Source: Candidatus Xenobia bacterium (GTDB taxonomy: Bacteria > Vulcanimicrobiota > Xenobia > Xenobiales > QWHO01). From it: DNA of 64,000 bases. The stretch is taken from positions 96,001 to 160,000 of the forward strand of contig BTUM01000004.1 in NCBI GenBank assembly GCA_045863235.1, in the 5' to 3' direction. Below the pieces are notes generated by a model. The model was given only the letters and a program-made list of their open reading frames with translations. It was not told the DNA's origin and searched no databases. This document shows positions 55,769 to 64,000 of this stretch, in pieces. A program made the position numbers and the translations under genes. Position 1 is the stretch's first letter. Every line of letters begins with the position of its first letter.

Positions 55769-56833
55769 ATGCCCTGGAAGACCGAACTTTACGCCGACCA
55801 TGAAGCCCTCGGGGCCAAGCTGGCCCCTTTCGCCGGGGTGCTGCTGCCCAGCCGCTACAAGAGCAACCGGCGCGAGTATCGCTCGGCCCGCACCACCTGC
55901 GCGGTGGCCGACTGGGGCCACCACGCCCTCTTGCGCATGAGCGGGCCGGACAGCCGCGACTTTCTCAACCGTCTGCTCTCCAACGTGGTGCCTCCCCCGG
56001 GACAGGGCTGCCACACCTTCCTGCTCAACATCCAGGGCCGGCCCCTGGTGGAAGCCTGGCTCTACGCCACCCCCGACGAAGTCTGGCTGGAGGTTCCCCG
56101 GTCCCAGGCCCGCATCGCCGTGGAGCAGTTCAACCATTACCACTTCACCGAGAACCTCAAGCTCGAGGAGGCCCAGCTCACCGGCATCATCATGGTGGGC
56201 CCTCGGGCCGAGAAGGTGCTGGAGGCGGTCAGCCAGGGGGACCGTCCCGATCGGCCCTACCAGGCCACCAGGCTGAAGGTGACCCGGCTGGCCGGGGGCG
56301 GCCAGGTCGAGGTGCTGTGCACCCGCACGCCTTACCTGGGCGTGGAGGCTCTGGTCCTCTGGGTGCCCAACGAACAGGCCTCGCGCGTCTGGCAGCGGCT
56401 GCTGCACACCTCGCTCAAGCCTTCCCCGGCCGGAACCGACGCCCTGGAAATGCTGCGCATCGAGGCCGGCACCCCTCGCTTCGAGGCCGACTACGACGAG
56501 AACACGCTCTTTCTGGAGATGGCTCCGCCCGACTCTTACTCCGAGACCAAGGGCTGCTATATCGGGCAGGAGGTGGTGGCCCGGGTGCTCCACCAGGGGC
56601 ACGTCAACCGGCGTTTGGTAGGAGTTTCGATTGAAGGTCTGAAACGCATTCAAGGCAAGCTGTTCGCGGACGGCAAGGAAGTGGGGCGGATCACCTCCGG
56701 CCTCATTTCGCCCGACTATGGCCCTATCGCGCTGGCCTACATCCGGCGCGAGAACTGGCACGCCGGCACCGAGCTGGTGACGGAGAAAGGCACGCCCGCG
56801 CGGGTGCACGAACTACCATTTAGAAAAGGGTGA
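55769..56833 (+). CDS. GcvT/YgfZ-family folate-binding protein
   Basis: GPDSRDFLNRLLSN, LRIEAG, KGCYIGQE (YgfZ signature), GRITSG. Confidence 0.9.
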   Translation: MPWKTELYADHEALGAKLAPFAGVLLPSRYKSNRREYRSARTTCAVADWGHHALLRMSGPDSRDFLNRLLSNVVPPPGQGCHTFLLNIQGRPLVEAWLYATPDEVWLEVPRSQARIAVEQFNHYHFTENLKLEEAQLTGIIMVGPRAEKVLEAVSQGDRPDRPYQATRLKVTRLAGGGQVEVLCTRTPYLGVEALVLWVPNEQASRVWQRLLHTSLKPSPAGTDALEMLRIEAGTPRFEADYDENTLFLEMAPPDSYSETKGCYIGQEVVARVLHQGHVNRRLVGVSIEGLKRIQGKLFADGKEVGRITSGLISPDYGPIALAYIRRENWHAGTELVTEKGTPARVHELPFRKG

Positions 56834-56839
56834 TCGCGC

Positions 56840-57631
56840 GTGGAACAGTACCTCGAGCTGCTACAGAAAGTGCTCTCCGAGGGCGTGCAGAAAGAAGACC
56901 GGACCGGAACCGGCACCAGGAGCCTGTTTGGCTACCAGATGCGCTTCGACCTGAGCCAGGGCTTCCCGGCCGTGACCACCAAGAAACTGCACCTGAAATC
57001 GATCATTTATGAGCTGCTCTGGTTCTTGCAGGGGGCCACCAACGTGCGCTACCTGCAAGAGCACGGGGTGACCATCTGGGACGAGTGGGCCGATCCCGAG
57101 GGAGAGCTCGGCCCGGTCTACGGCAAGCAGTGGCGCTCCTGGCCCGGTCCGGATGGACGCACCCACGACCAGATTGCCACCGTCGTGGAGGAGATCAAGC
57201 GCAATCCCGACTCACGCCGCCTGGTGGTGAGCGCCTGGAACGTGGGCTGCCTGGAGGATATGGCCCTGGCCCCCTGCCACGCGCTGTTTCAGTTCTACGT
57301 GGCCCGGGGCAGGCTCTCGTGTCAGCTCTACCAGCGCAGCGCGGACGTCTTTCTGGGGGTTCCCTTCAACATCGCCTCCTACGCGCTGCTCACCATGATG
57401 GTGGCCCAGGTCACCGGGCTGAAGCCGGGCGACTTCGTGCACACGCTCGGCGATGCCCACCTCTACCTCAACCACCTCGAGCAGGCCCGCGAGCAGCTGA
57501 CCCGCAAGCCGTTCCCGCTGCCTCGCATGGAGATCAAGAGCCGCCAGGACCTGAGGGACTTTGTCTACGAGGACTTCACCCTGCACGACTACCAACACCA
57601 TCCGGCCATCCGGGCCCCCATCGCGGTGTAG
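56840..57631 (+). CDS. thyA: Thymidylate synthase
   Basis: [36 protein letters not shown]. Confidence 0.98.
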   Translation: MEQYLELLQKVLSEGVQKEDRTGTGTRSLFGYQMRFDLSQGFPAVTTKKLHLKSIIYELLWFLQGATNVRYLQEHGVTIWDEWADPEGELGPVYGKQWRSWPGPDGRTHDQIATVVEEIKRNPDSRRLVVSAWNVGCLEDMALAPCHALFQFYVARGRLSCQLYQRSADVFLGVPFNIASYALLTMMVAQVTGLKPGDFVHTLGDAHLYLNHLEQAREQLTRKPFPLPRMEIKSRQDLRDFVYEDFTLHDYQHHPAIRAPIAV

Positions 57632-57632
57632 C

Positions 57633-58100
57633 ATGATCGTCACCGTAGCCGCCATGGGACGTGACCGGGTCATCGGCCAGGACGGTCACCTGCCCTGGAA
57701 GATGCCCGCCGACCTGCGCCATTTCCGCGAGGTAACCCGGGGCAAGACCGTGGTCATGGGGCGCAAGACCTACGAATCCATCGGACGTCCTCTCCCCGAT
57801 CGCACCAACCTGGTGCTCTCACGGGCGCGCGACTTCACGATCCCGGGCTGCCAGGTGGTCAGCTTGGAGGAGGCCCTGGAATACCCCGAGCTCTATGTCC
57901 TGGGTGGGGAAGAGATCTATCGGCTGTTCTTGCCCCGCGCCCAGCGCCAAATCTTGACCGAGATCCACGGCGACTTCATGGGCGACACCTACTATCCCGA
58001 CTTCTCACGGCATGAGTGGAAGGAAGTCGAGCGCGTCGACCATCCGGCCGACGCAGAGAACCCGCACCCCTATAGTTTCGTCACCTGGGAGCGTGTCTAG
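57633..58100 (+). CDS. folA: Dihydrofolate reductase
   Basis: VIG...LPWKMPADL, MGRKTYESIGRPLP, GGEEIY, GDTYYP. Confidence 0.97.
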   Translation: MIVTVAAMGRDRVIGQDGHLPWKMPADLRHFREVTRGKTVVMGRKTYESIGRPLPDRTNLVLSRARDFTIPGCQVVSLEEALEYPELYVLGGEEIYRLFLPRAQRQILTEIHGDFMGDTYYPDFSRHEWKEVERVDHPADAENPHPYSFVTWERV

Positions 58101-58732
58101 CGACCGCCGACCGGCTCGCGAGTGCGGGGCTGCACGCGAATGTCGGTGATGGCCAGGCTCTCCACGTTCACACTGGCCGCCTTCATGGCCGGGTGGGCGA
58201 AGCTCAGGATTTGCTGGGCCAGGCATCCGCGGTCGCGGTTGAGCGACTCCAGGTCAACCCTGGGCAGATTGATGAAACCTTCGTGCAGCACCAGGGTGGC
58301 CCGCTGGCGCAAGGCCTCGGGAGTGGCATCGAGCCAGGAGCGGCCGCCCACTCGGGCCACCGCGTCCACGGTCACCACGAATCCCTCCACGGTGCGCATC
58401 TCGGGGGACATGACCTCGAGCCAGAACCCGTCCGGATCGCGGGGGGCGGCCTCGAGCTGAATGACCCGCAGGGTCATCTCCACGAGCTCCACCCCTCGAC
58501 GCTTGAGGTCGCGCTCGAGCTGCGCTCGAAGCTGCCCGCGAATGGTTTGCAGCGACTCCACTACCTGCGCCTCGCTCTTGCGAGCCACCTCCACTTGGAG
58601 ATAGTGCTCGAGCAACTCGCGCACCATGGGCCCGAGCAGAGCCCGGGAAACCCGACGGTCGAGCATTCGGACCTGGGCCACCGCCTGAAAGGCGAGGAAA
58701 GACCCATCCTCGGTGAGGATTTCGAGGATCAC
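58097..58732 (-). CDS. Soluble protein with two SPFH/flotillin-like half domains
   Basis: AAGGAGG RBS; LTEDG..AFQAVAQVR and RTVEGFVVTVDAVARV; GVELVEMTL and VNVESLAITDI. Confidence 0.6.
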   Translation of the reverse strand: MILEILTEDGSFLAFQAVAQVRMLDRRVSRALLGPMVRELLEHYLQVEVARKSEAQVVESLQTIRGQLRAQLERDLKRRGVELVEMTLRVIQLEAAPRDPDGFWLEVMSPEMRTVEGFVVTVDAVARVGGRSWLDATPEALRQRATLVLHEGFINLPRVDLESLNRDRGCLAQQILSFAHPAMKAASVNVESLAITDIRVQPRTREPVGGR

Positions 58733-58742
58733 GCGGACCTCC

Positions 58743-59150
58743 TTACGCTTCCGAGGAAGCGGGCTTCTCTTCGGTTGATTCGGTCGCCTGAGCGGTTGAC
58801 TCGGTCGCCTGAGCGGCCTGGGGCTCGGTCGCGGCCTCGCTGGCTTCGGTCGCGCTGGCCTCGCTCGCGGGGGCCTCACCAGACGACGCAGCGGCCTCAG
58901 TCGTCTTCGCAGCGGTCTCGGTCGCCGTCGCAGCGGCTTTCTCCGCCGCGGCAGCCGGCTCAGGCGCAGCTTTCGTCTCGTGGCCACCGTGGCCATGACC
59001 GTGATCGTGCGGGGTGTGGCCGCCAGACTTCTGCACGCCTGTAGCACCACCGCCGATGGAGACCAGGATGTAAGACAGAATCGTCATTCCCACCAGCACG
59101 CCCAGTCCATAGGCGACGGCCGTGCCGAGAGCGATGAAGTAAGTTCCCAT
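58743..59150 (-). CDS. Small membrane protein with His-rich linker and Ala/Thr/Glu tail
   Basis: GGAGGA RBS; N-terminal TM; HTPHDHGHGHGGH; AQATEST twice. Confidence 0.7.
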   Translation of the reverse strand: MGTYFIALGTAVAYGLGVLVGMTILSYILVSIGGGATGVQKSGGHTPHDHGHGHGGHETKAAPEPAAAAEKAAATATETAAKTTEAAASSGEAPASEASATEASEAATEPQAAQATESTAQATESTEEKPASSEA

Positions 59151-59290
59151 AGCTTTGTGTTCCTCCGTGGGCCCGAGGACCACCCCGGCCTCGGTGCCGT
59201 GAGTGCGCGACCGGCAGGGTCGGCACATTCCAGGGTAGTTACGTTCTTGGCCCGGGAGGCTCCTGCCCGTCAACGCACGAATTCCAACTC

Positions 59291-59923
59291 ATGCGCCCTC
59301 GCACCCTGGCTCTGGGCTTGACACTCTTCCTGGGTCTGGCCTTGCTGCTCGCCTGGTGGGGCAGCCCCCCGCCTGTAGCCAACCTGGGTCCGCGCGAGGG
59401 ACCGATCGTGATCCTGGGAGACAGCCTGGCCGCCGGAGTGGGCTCGGCCAGCAAGCAGGGCTTCGTCGGCCGGCTCGAGCAGCGGCTGGGAGTGAGCATC
59501 GTCAACAAAGGCATCTCCGGCAACACCACCCGCCAGGGGCTGGATCGGCTCGAGCGCGACGTGCTGAGCCTCAAGCCCGCCCTGGTGATCGTGGAGTTGG
59601 GAGGCAACGACTTCATCCAGAAGGTGCCGCCCGACGAGACCTTCGCCAATCTCGAGCAGATCATCGCCCGCATCCAGGCCCAGGGCGCTCCCGTGCTGCT
59701 GCTGGGGGTGCAGGGAGGGGTCTTTCAGGACAAGGCCGGAGGACGCTACAAGTCACTGGCCCGGAAAATGAAGACAGCCTACGTAGCCAATATCATGGAC
59801 GGGATCTGGACCAACCCGGCCCTCAAGGACGATACCATCCACCCCAACGACGCCGGCTACGAGCGCGTGGCCGAGCGAATTGAGCCGACGCTTCGCAGGA
59901 TGCTCCAGGCAATGCAGCGCTGA
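59291..59923 (+). CDS. GDSL/SGNH arylesterase (TesA-like)
   Basis: GDSL, NKGISG, ELGGND, DTIHPN. Confidence 0.93.
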   Translation: MRPRTLALGLTLFLGLALLLAWWGSPPPVANLGPREGPIVILGDSLAAGVGSASKQGFVGRLEQRLGVSIVNKGISGNTTRQGLDRLERDVLSLKPALVIVELGGNDFIQKVPPDETFANLEQIIARIQAQGAPVLLLGVQGGVFQDKAGGRYKSLARKMKTAYVANIMDGIWTNPALKDDTIHPNDAGYERVAERIEPTLRRMLQAMQR

Positions 59924-59924
59924 A

Positions 59925-60719
59925 TCAGCGCCCGGCCGTCTCCTTGCTCTCGTCGGCCTCAGCCTGAGGCTTGCCGGTGGGGGTCTTGCGGGACTCATAC
60001 TCCCCGGCGATGCGGCTCACGTAGCCGATGGTTTCCTCATAGGGCGGGATGCCGCCGTGGCTCTCCACCGCTCCCGGCCCGGCGTTGTAGGCGGCCAGGG
60101 CCTTGCGAAGGTCCTGGAAGCGGCTCAGTTGCTCGGCGAAATAGCGAGCCCCGCCGGCCACGTTCTGGTGCGGATCGAAAGAGTCGGTCACGCCCAGGCC
60201 AGCGGCCGTGCCCGGCATCAACTGCATCAACCCCTGGGCTCCCGAGCGAGAGACCGCATTGGGATTGAAGGCCGACTCGTGCTTGATGATCAGCTCGAGC
60301 AGCAGCGGGTCGAGATTATTGTTCTTGGCCTCGCGCAAGATGACCTCGGACAGGTTGCAAAACTGCATCGAGCTGCCCTTCTGGCCGTAGACCAGGGTGC
60401 GCCGGGGCAACTCTTTGTAGCCGCTCTCGGCGAAGCTGTAGACTTTTGGGATGGGGCCACCGAAAATCGAGGAGCGATGGCTCCGCCGGGCCAGGCTGAC
60501 GGGCGTGGCCGGCACGTTGACGATGAAGGCGTTGTCGTTGGAGTGGTTGCGCCGGGTGCGCATGACCTTCTTGAGGCGCTGGGCCTCCGGGTTGGTGTAA
60601 ACCTTGACGGCCTGGCCGTTCTCATACTCGGTGGTCACATAGACTTCGGCTCCGGCGCTCGAGGAAATCGTCGCCATCGTCAGCAGGATCAGGGCCGAGG
60701 TCCTTAGAAGCTTCTTCAA
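59925..60719 (-). CDS. Secreted lytic transglycosylase (SLT domain)
   Basis: HESAFNPNAVSRSGAQGLMQLMP, ALAAYNAG, ETIGYV; signal peptide. Confidence 0.95.
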   Translation of the reverse strand: MKKLLRTSALILLTMATISSSAGAEVYVTTEYENGQAVKVYTNPEAQRLKKVMRTRRNHSNDNAFIVNVPATPVSLARRSHRSSIFGGPIPKVYSFAESGYKELPRRTLVYGQKGSSMQFCNLSEVILREAKNNNLDPLLLELIIKHESAFNPNAVSRSGAQGLMQLMPGTAAGLGVTDSFDPHQNVAGGARYFAEQLSRFQDLRKALAAYNAGPGAVESHGGIPPYEETIGYVSRIAGEYESRKTPTGKPQAEADESKETAGR

Positions 60720-60836
60720 GTTCCTGTTCCACCTTATTCAAGTTGTCAGCTCCCGACGGCGTCAACACGCTTCTTCGCACGCAGGGGTCTGCTTGCATTT
60801 GAATCAAGGTTGAAATGATTGTCTTTCCAGGGCCAG

Positions 60837-60871
60837 AAGTCCTCCCTGACCGGGGGGGCAGGACTTTTTTT
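60837..60871 (+). terminator. Intrinsic terminator in a divergent intergenic region
   Basis: AAGTCCT(CCC)...(GGG..)AGGACTT stem followed by T7. Confidence 0.65.
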
Positions 60872-60922
60872 GCCCCCACCCAAAACCATCCACGCCATGA
60901 CCGAATCCGCGCCGGGTATAGC

Positions 60923-61777
60923 GTGAAGACCAACTGCCCTCGCTGCGAAGGCAGCGGCCAGTGCATCGAGTGCAAAGGCTCGGGGAAGGTCACCTGTCCC
61001 ACCTGCCAGGGCAGCGGAGAGTGCACCACCCCCCGCGGCACCACCTTCAAGTGCAAGAGTTGCCAGGGGAGTGGCTCCATCGCCTGTCCGGTCACCTGTG
61101 ACTCGTGCCAGGGCAGCGGCGTCATCACCGACAAACTGCAAAAACAGGTGCGCGAGAAGTACACCGCCCGCTTCGCCAACTACAGCCCGCTGAGCCGCAT
61201 GACCACCTACCTGGTGGTGCTCGATGTGGTCTTCTACTTTCTCACCTACTGGGGGCCGCCCGATTTGCGTGGCCCCATCTTCAACGCCCTGGCCAACACG
61301 CCGGCTCTGTTTGCTGACCACGAGTACTGGCGGCTCGTCACGCCCGTCCTGCTGCACGGTGGGCTGTTGCACCTGGCCATGAACTGCTACTACCTGGCTC
61401 AATATTGCCCGCCCATCGAGGGAGCCTACGGCAGCCACCGCTTCCTCTGGCTCTACGTCTTCTGCGCCGCCACCGGCAACTTCTTCAGCTGGCTCGGTCA
61501 CTGGGTCATCCAGGGCCAGCCCTATGCGAGCGTGGGCGCCTCCACGGCTCTCTTCGGGGTGGGCTCGGCCTACCTGGCTCTCTACTGGCGCTGGCGCCTG
61601 TTCGATCAGAGCGTCGTGCGCTGGTGGCTCGGCTATATGGGGATTCTGCTGGCGGCCGGGTTCGCCATGGATTTCGGCGGATACAACGTGCTCAACATCG
61701 ACAACTGGGGTCACCTGGGCGGCGCGCTCGGGGGCCTGGCCTTCGTCTACCTCCTCCCCCGCCCCACCGGACACTGA
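60923..61777 (+). CDS. Rhomboid intramembrane serine protease with N-terminal DnaJ-type Zn finger
   Basis: Five CxxCxGxG repeats; YWRLVTPVLLHGG..HL..N, GAS, GHLGG. Confidence 0.92.
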   Translation: MKTNCPRCEGSGQCIECKGSGKVTCPTCQGSGECTTPRGTTFKCKSCQGSGSIACPVTCDSCQGSGVITDKLQKQVREKYTARFANYSPLSRMTTYLVVLDVVFYFLTYWGPPDLRGPIFNALANTPALFADHEYWRLVTPVLLHGGLLHLAMNCYYLAQYCPPIEGAYGSHRFLWLYVFCAATGNFFSWLGHWVIQGQPYASVGASTALFGVGSAYLALYWRWRLFDQSVVRWWLGYMGILLAAGFAMDFGGYNVLNIDNWGHLGGALGGLAFVYLLPRPTGH

Positions 61778-61819
61778 GGTGTTGTCGAAGCGCCCCCCGG
61801 CGTGCATAATAGGGAGCCA

Positions 61820-62437
61820 ATGCTGTCAGACAAGACCCTGCTGATCATCCTCTACGCGCTCGTAGCCGTGCGCCTGGTGAGTCACTTCCTCAGGCGCCAG
61901 GGGTGGCTCGAAGAGACCATCGACTCGCTGATCCCGGCGGGCGTCACCGCTCTGGCTGTCATCGCGTTCCTGGTCCGGCCCTACTACATTCCCTCCGGCT
62001 CCATGGAGAACACCCTGCTGGTCAGGGACCTCTTGCTGGTGGACAAGCTGATCTACCGCTTCAGCCATCCCAACCGGGGAGACATCGTGGTCTTCCGGCG
62101 CCCGGACGCTCGCCCTGACGACCCGGCCTTGATCAAGCGGGTGGTGGGAGTCGCCGGGGACGTGCTCGAGGTGCGGGGCGGCTCGCTCTACCGCAACGGC
62201 ATGAAGGTGGAGGAGCCCTACATCAAGGAGCCCATCGACCACGACGACGGCCCCTACGTGGTGCAGCCGGGACACCTCTTCATGATGGGCGACAATCGCA
62301 ACAACTCGCAGGACTCGAGGGTCTGGGGCCAGCTCCCCCTGACCCACGTGGTGGGACGGGCCGAGGTCATCGTCTTCCCCTTCACCCGCCTTCGTCTGCT
62401 GCGCTCACAACAGGGTGTGGCTCAGGAGTTGCCATGA
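61820..62437 (+). CDS. lepB: Signal peptidase I (copy 1)
   Basis: [30 protein letters not shown]. Confidence 0.95.
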   Translation: MLSDKTLLIILYALVAVRLVSHFLRRQGWLEETIDSLIPAGVTALAVIAFLVRPYYIPSGSMENTLLVRDLLLVDKLIYRFSHPNRGDIVVFRRPDARPDDPALIKRVVGVAGDVLEVRGGSLYRNGMKVEEPYIKEPIDHDDGPYVVQPGHLFMMGDNRNNSQDSRVWGQLPLTHVVGRAEVIVFPFTRLRLLRSQQGVAQELP

Positions 62438-62457
62438 GAAATGGCCCGTGCTATACT
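62429..62457 (+). promoter_or_regulatory. Sigma70-type promoter for rplS
   Basis: TTGCCA-N17-TATACT with TG extension. Confidence 0.7.
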
Positions 62458-62494
62458 ACCGCCTGTTCTGAAAGACTGAAAGGGAATCACCGGG

Positions 62495-62857
62495 ATGAAG
62501 CTGATTAACGAACTCGAGAAAACCCAGATGACGCGCACCGATCTGCCCTCGTTCGGCCCTGGCGACACGGTCAAGGCCTGGCTCAAGGTGATCGAAGGCG
62601 GCAAAGAGCGCCTGCAGGCCTTCGAGGGCGTTTGCATCGCACGTAAGAACAGCGGCCTCAAGGAGTGCTTCACGCTGCGCAAGATCTCCAATGGCGTGGG
62701 CGTCGAGCGCACCATCCTGCTGCACAGCCCCCGCCTGGGAAGCCTGGAAGTGACCCGCCGCGGCGACGTGCGCCAGTCGCGCCTGTTCTATCTGCGCGAC
62801 AAGGTCGGCAAGAAGGCCAAGATTAAGGAAAAGCGCCTCACCACGACCAAGGCTTAG
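62495..62857 (+). CDS. rplS: 50S ribosomal protein L19
   Basis: [34 protein letters not shown]. Confidence 0.98.
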   Translation: MKLINELEKTQMTRTDLPSFGPGDTVKAWLKVIEGGKERLQAFEGVCIARKNSGLKECFTLRKISNGVGVERTILLHSPRLGSLEVTRRGDVRQSRLFYLRDKVGKKAKIKEKRLTTTKA

Positions 62858-62860
62858 CCG

Positions 62861-63523
62861 TTGTCGGAAACCCAGCTCTTCCTCGTCCTCTATGTGCTGG
62901 TCGGGTTGCGGCTGGTTTTTCATTTGTATCCCAAGCTGCTCGATGAGACCTGGCACCAGTGGCAGAGTGAGCTGATCGACGGAATGGTGGTGGCGGGCGT
63001 GACCGCCCTGCTCTTGATCAACTTCGTGGTGCGCAGCTTCTTCATCCCCTCGGGCAGCATGGAGCCAACCCTGCAGGTGGACGACTACATCCTGGTCAAC
63101 GAGTTCATCTATCGCTTCGTCAAGCCACAGAGGGGCGACATCGTCGTCTTCAAGCCACCCGAGTCGGCCAACAGCAACCCCGACCACCGCGACTTCATCA
63201 AGCGAATCGTCGGTATCGAGGGCGACGTCATCGAAGTGCGCGATGGAGCCCTCTACCGCAACGGGTTTCGCGTGCAAGAGCCGTACGTGGCCGAGCCCAT
63301 CTTCGGCGACGAGCCGCCCGTGCTCGTCAAGCCCAACCACCTCTTCATGATGGGCGACAACCGCAACAACTCACAGGACTCGCGCTACTGGGGGCAACTG
63401 CCAGAGGAGAACGTGGTGGGCAAAGCCTTTTTGATCTTCCTGAACTGGCGTGAGAAACGCCTCCCCATGGAGGTGCTGCGCACGGACCAGGGCGTTCCCG
63501 TCGTGGCCGACCCTCAGAAGTGA
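62861..63523 (+). CDS. lepB: Signal peptidase I (copy 2)
   Basis: [38 protein letters not shown]. Confidence 0.95.
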   Translation: MSETQLFLVLYVLVGLRLVFHLYPKLLDETWHQWQSELIDGMVVAGVTALLLINFVVRSFFIPSGSMEPTLQVDDYILVNEFIYRFVKPQRGDIVVFKPPESANSNPDHRDFIKRIVGIEGDVIEVRDGALYRNGFRVQEPYVAEPIFGDEPPVLVKPNHLFMMGDNRNNSQDSRYWGQLPEENVVGKAFLIFLNWREKRLPMEVLRTDQGVPVVADPQK

Positions 63524-64000
63524 CCGACAGCGCCTACTCCTGGTTTCCCGGCCACATGCGCCGGGCCATGCGGCGCCTGGAGCAAGACCTGGAGCTGGCC
63601 GATGCCGTGCTGTTCGTGCTCGAGGCCCGGCTGCCCGAGTCCTCGCGCCATCCCGAGCTGGAAGAGATGCTCCGAAAGCGTGGCCGGCTGCTGTTTTACG
63701 TGCTGGCCAAGGCGGACCTGGCCGACCCGGCTGCCACCGAGAGCTGGCTCACCTATCTGAGAGAGCAGGGCAATCAAGCGATCGCCCTCAACGCCGTCAA
63801 GGGCAGCGGGGCCGGCGCTCTGACCCCATCGCTGGAGAAGCTGGCCGCCCGCATCGCCGAGCAACGGGCCAAAAAGAAGCTCAACCCGCGCGATCCGCGC
63901 CTGGTTGTGGTGGGAATTCCCAACGTTGGCAAGTCCTCCTTGCTCAACCGGCTGGTGGGGCGCAAGCAGGCCATCACCGGCGACCGGCCCGGGGTCACCC
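63520..64000 (+). CDS. rbgA: Ribosome biogenesis GTPase RbgA/YlqF (partial, runs off the window)
   Basis: GTG overlapping the lepB stop; [31 protein letters not shown]; absent from the ORF track because it is truncated. Confidence 0.95.
   Translation, partial: MTDSAYSWFPGHMRRAMRRLEQDLELADAVLFVLEARLPESSRHPELEEMLRKRGRLLFYVLAKADLADPAATESWLTYLREQGNQAIALNAVKGSGAGALTPSLEKLAARIAEQRAKKKLNPRDPRLVVVGIPNVGKSSLLNRLVGRKQAITGDRPGVT

Noticed and set aside
58779..58816. 21-bp tandem repeat as a VNTR or regulatory repeat
   Set aside because: Two copies only, encoding AQATEST in a low-complexity protein tail.
60720..60900. c-di-AMP riboswitch before the lytic transglycosylase
   Set aside because: Minus strand lacks the conserved elements I would expect for this class.
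1..64000. tRNA, rRNA, IS or prophage genes
   Set aside because: No cloverleaf or rRNA signatures, transposase, integrase or phage structural genes recognised by eye.

Overview
64 kb of high-GC (~68% by eye) bacterial chromosome, mostly housekeeping genes interleaved with lineage-specific hypothetical proteins. Gene order (rplS-lepB-rbgA, yceD-rpmF-fab), Gram-positive-type LexA boxes and the style of the hypothetical proteins suggest a Terrabacteria lineage, possibly Ca. Eremiobacterota/Vulcanimicrobiota (inference only). Core genes: yceD-rpmF-fabH-fabD-fabG-acpP, mutS2, hydA, cinA, gcvT/ygfZ-like-thyA-folA, lepB-rplS-lepB-rbgA. I saw no rRNA, tRNA, CRISPR array, transposase or integrase. Best leads: (1) an exported thioredoxin missed by the ORF track, with an in-frame TGA in its active site (W-U-G-P-C) and a SECIS-like hairpin, i.e. 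a probable selenoprotein; (2) a luxAB-less LuxE / LuxC-PaaK fusion / PaaK / RsbW-GNAT / DUF6271-like / MFS cluster that looks like an uncharacterised biosynthesis-export pathway; (3) a C-terminal 'V-x-V-G-G-V-R-I-K-R'-type tail shared by three unrelated proteins, a candidate sorting signal; (4) an NfeD/YqiJ-flotillin-giant AAA ATPase-Zn-ribbon operon with a perfect palindromic operator; (5) a DUF222-like HNH nuclease with two LexA-like boxes; (6) a ~43-bp element repeated upstream of two unrelated genes, with a 15-bp core that also brackets one of them. Family assignments come from motif recognition by eye; no searches were run.
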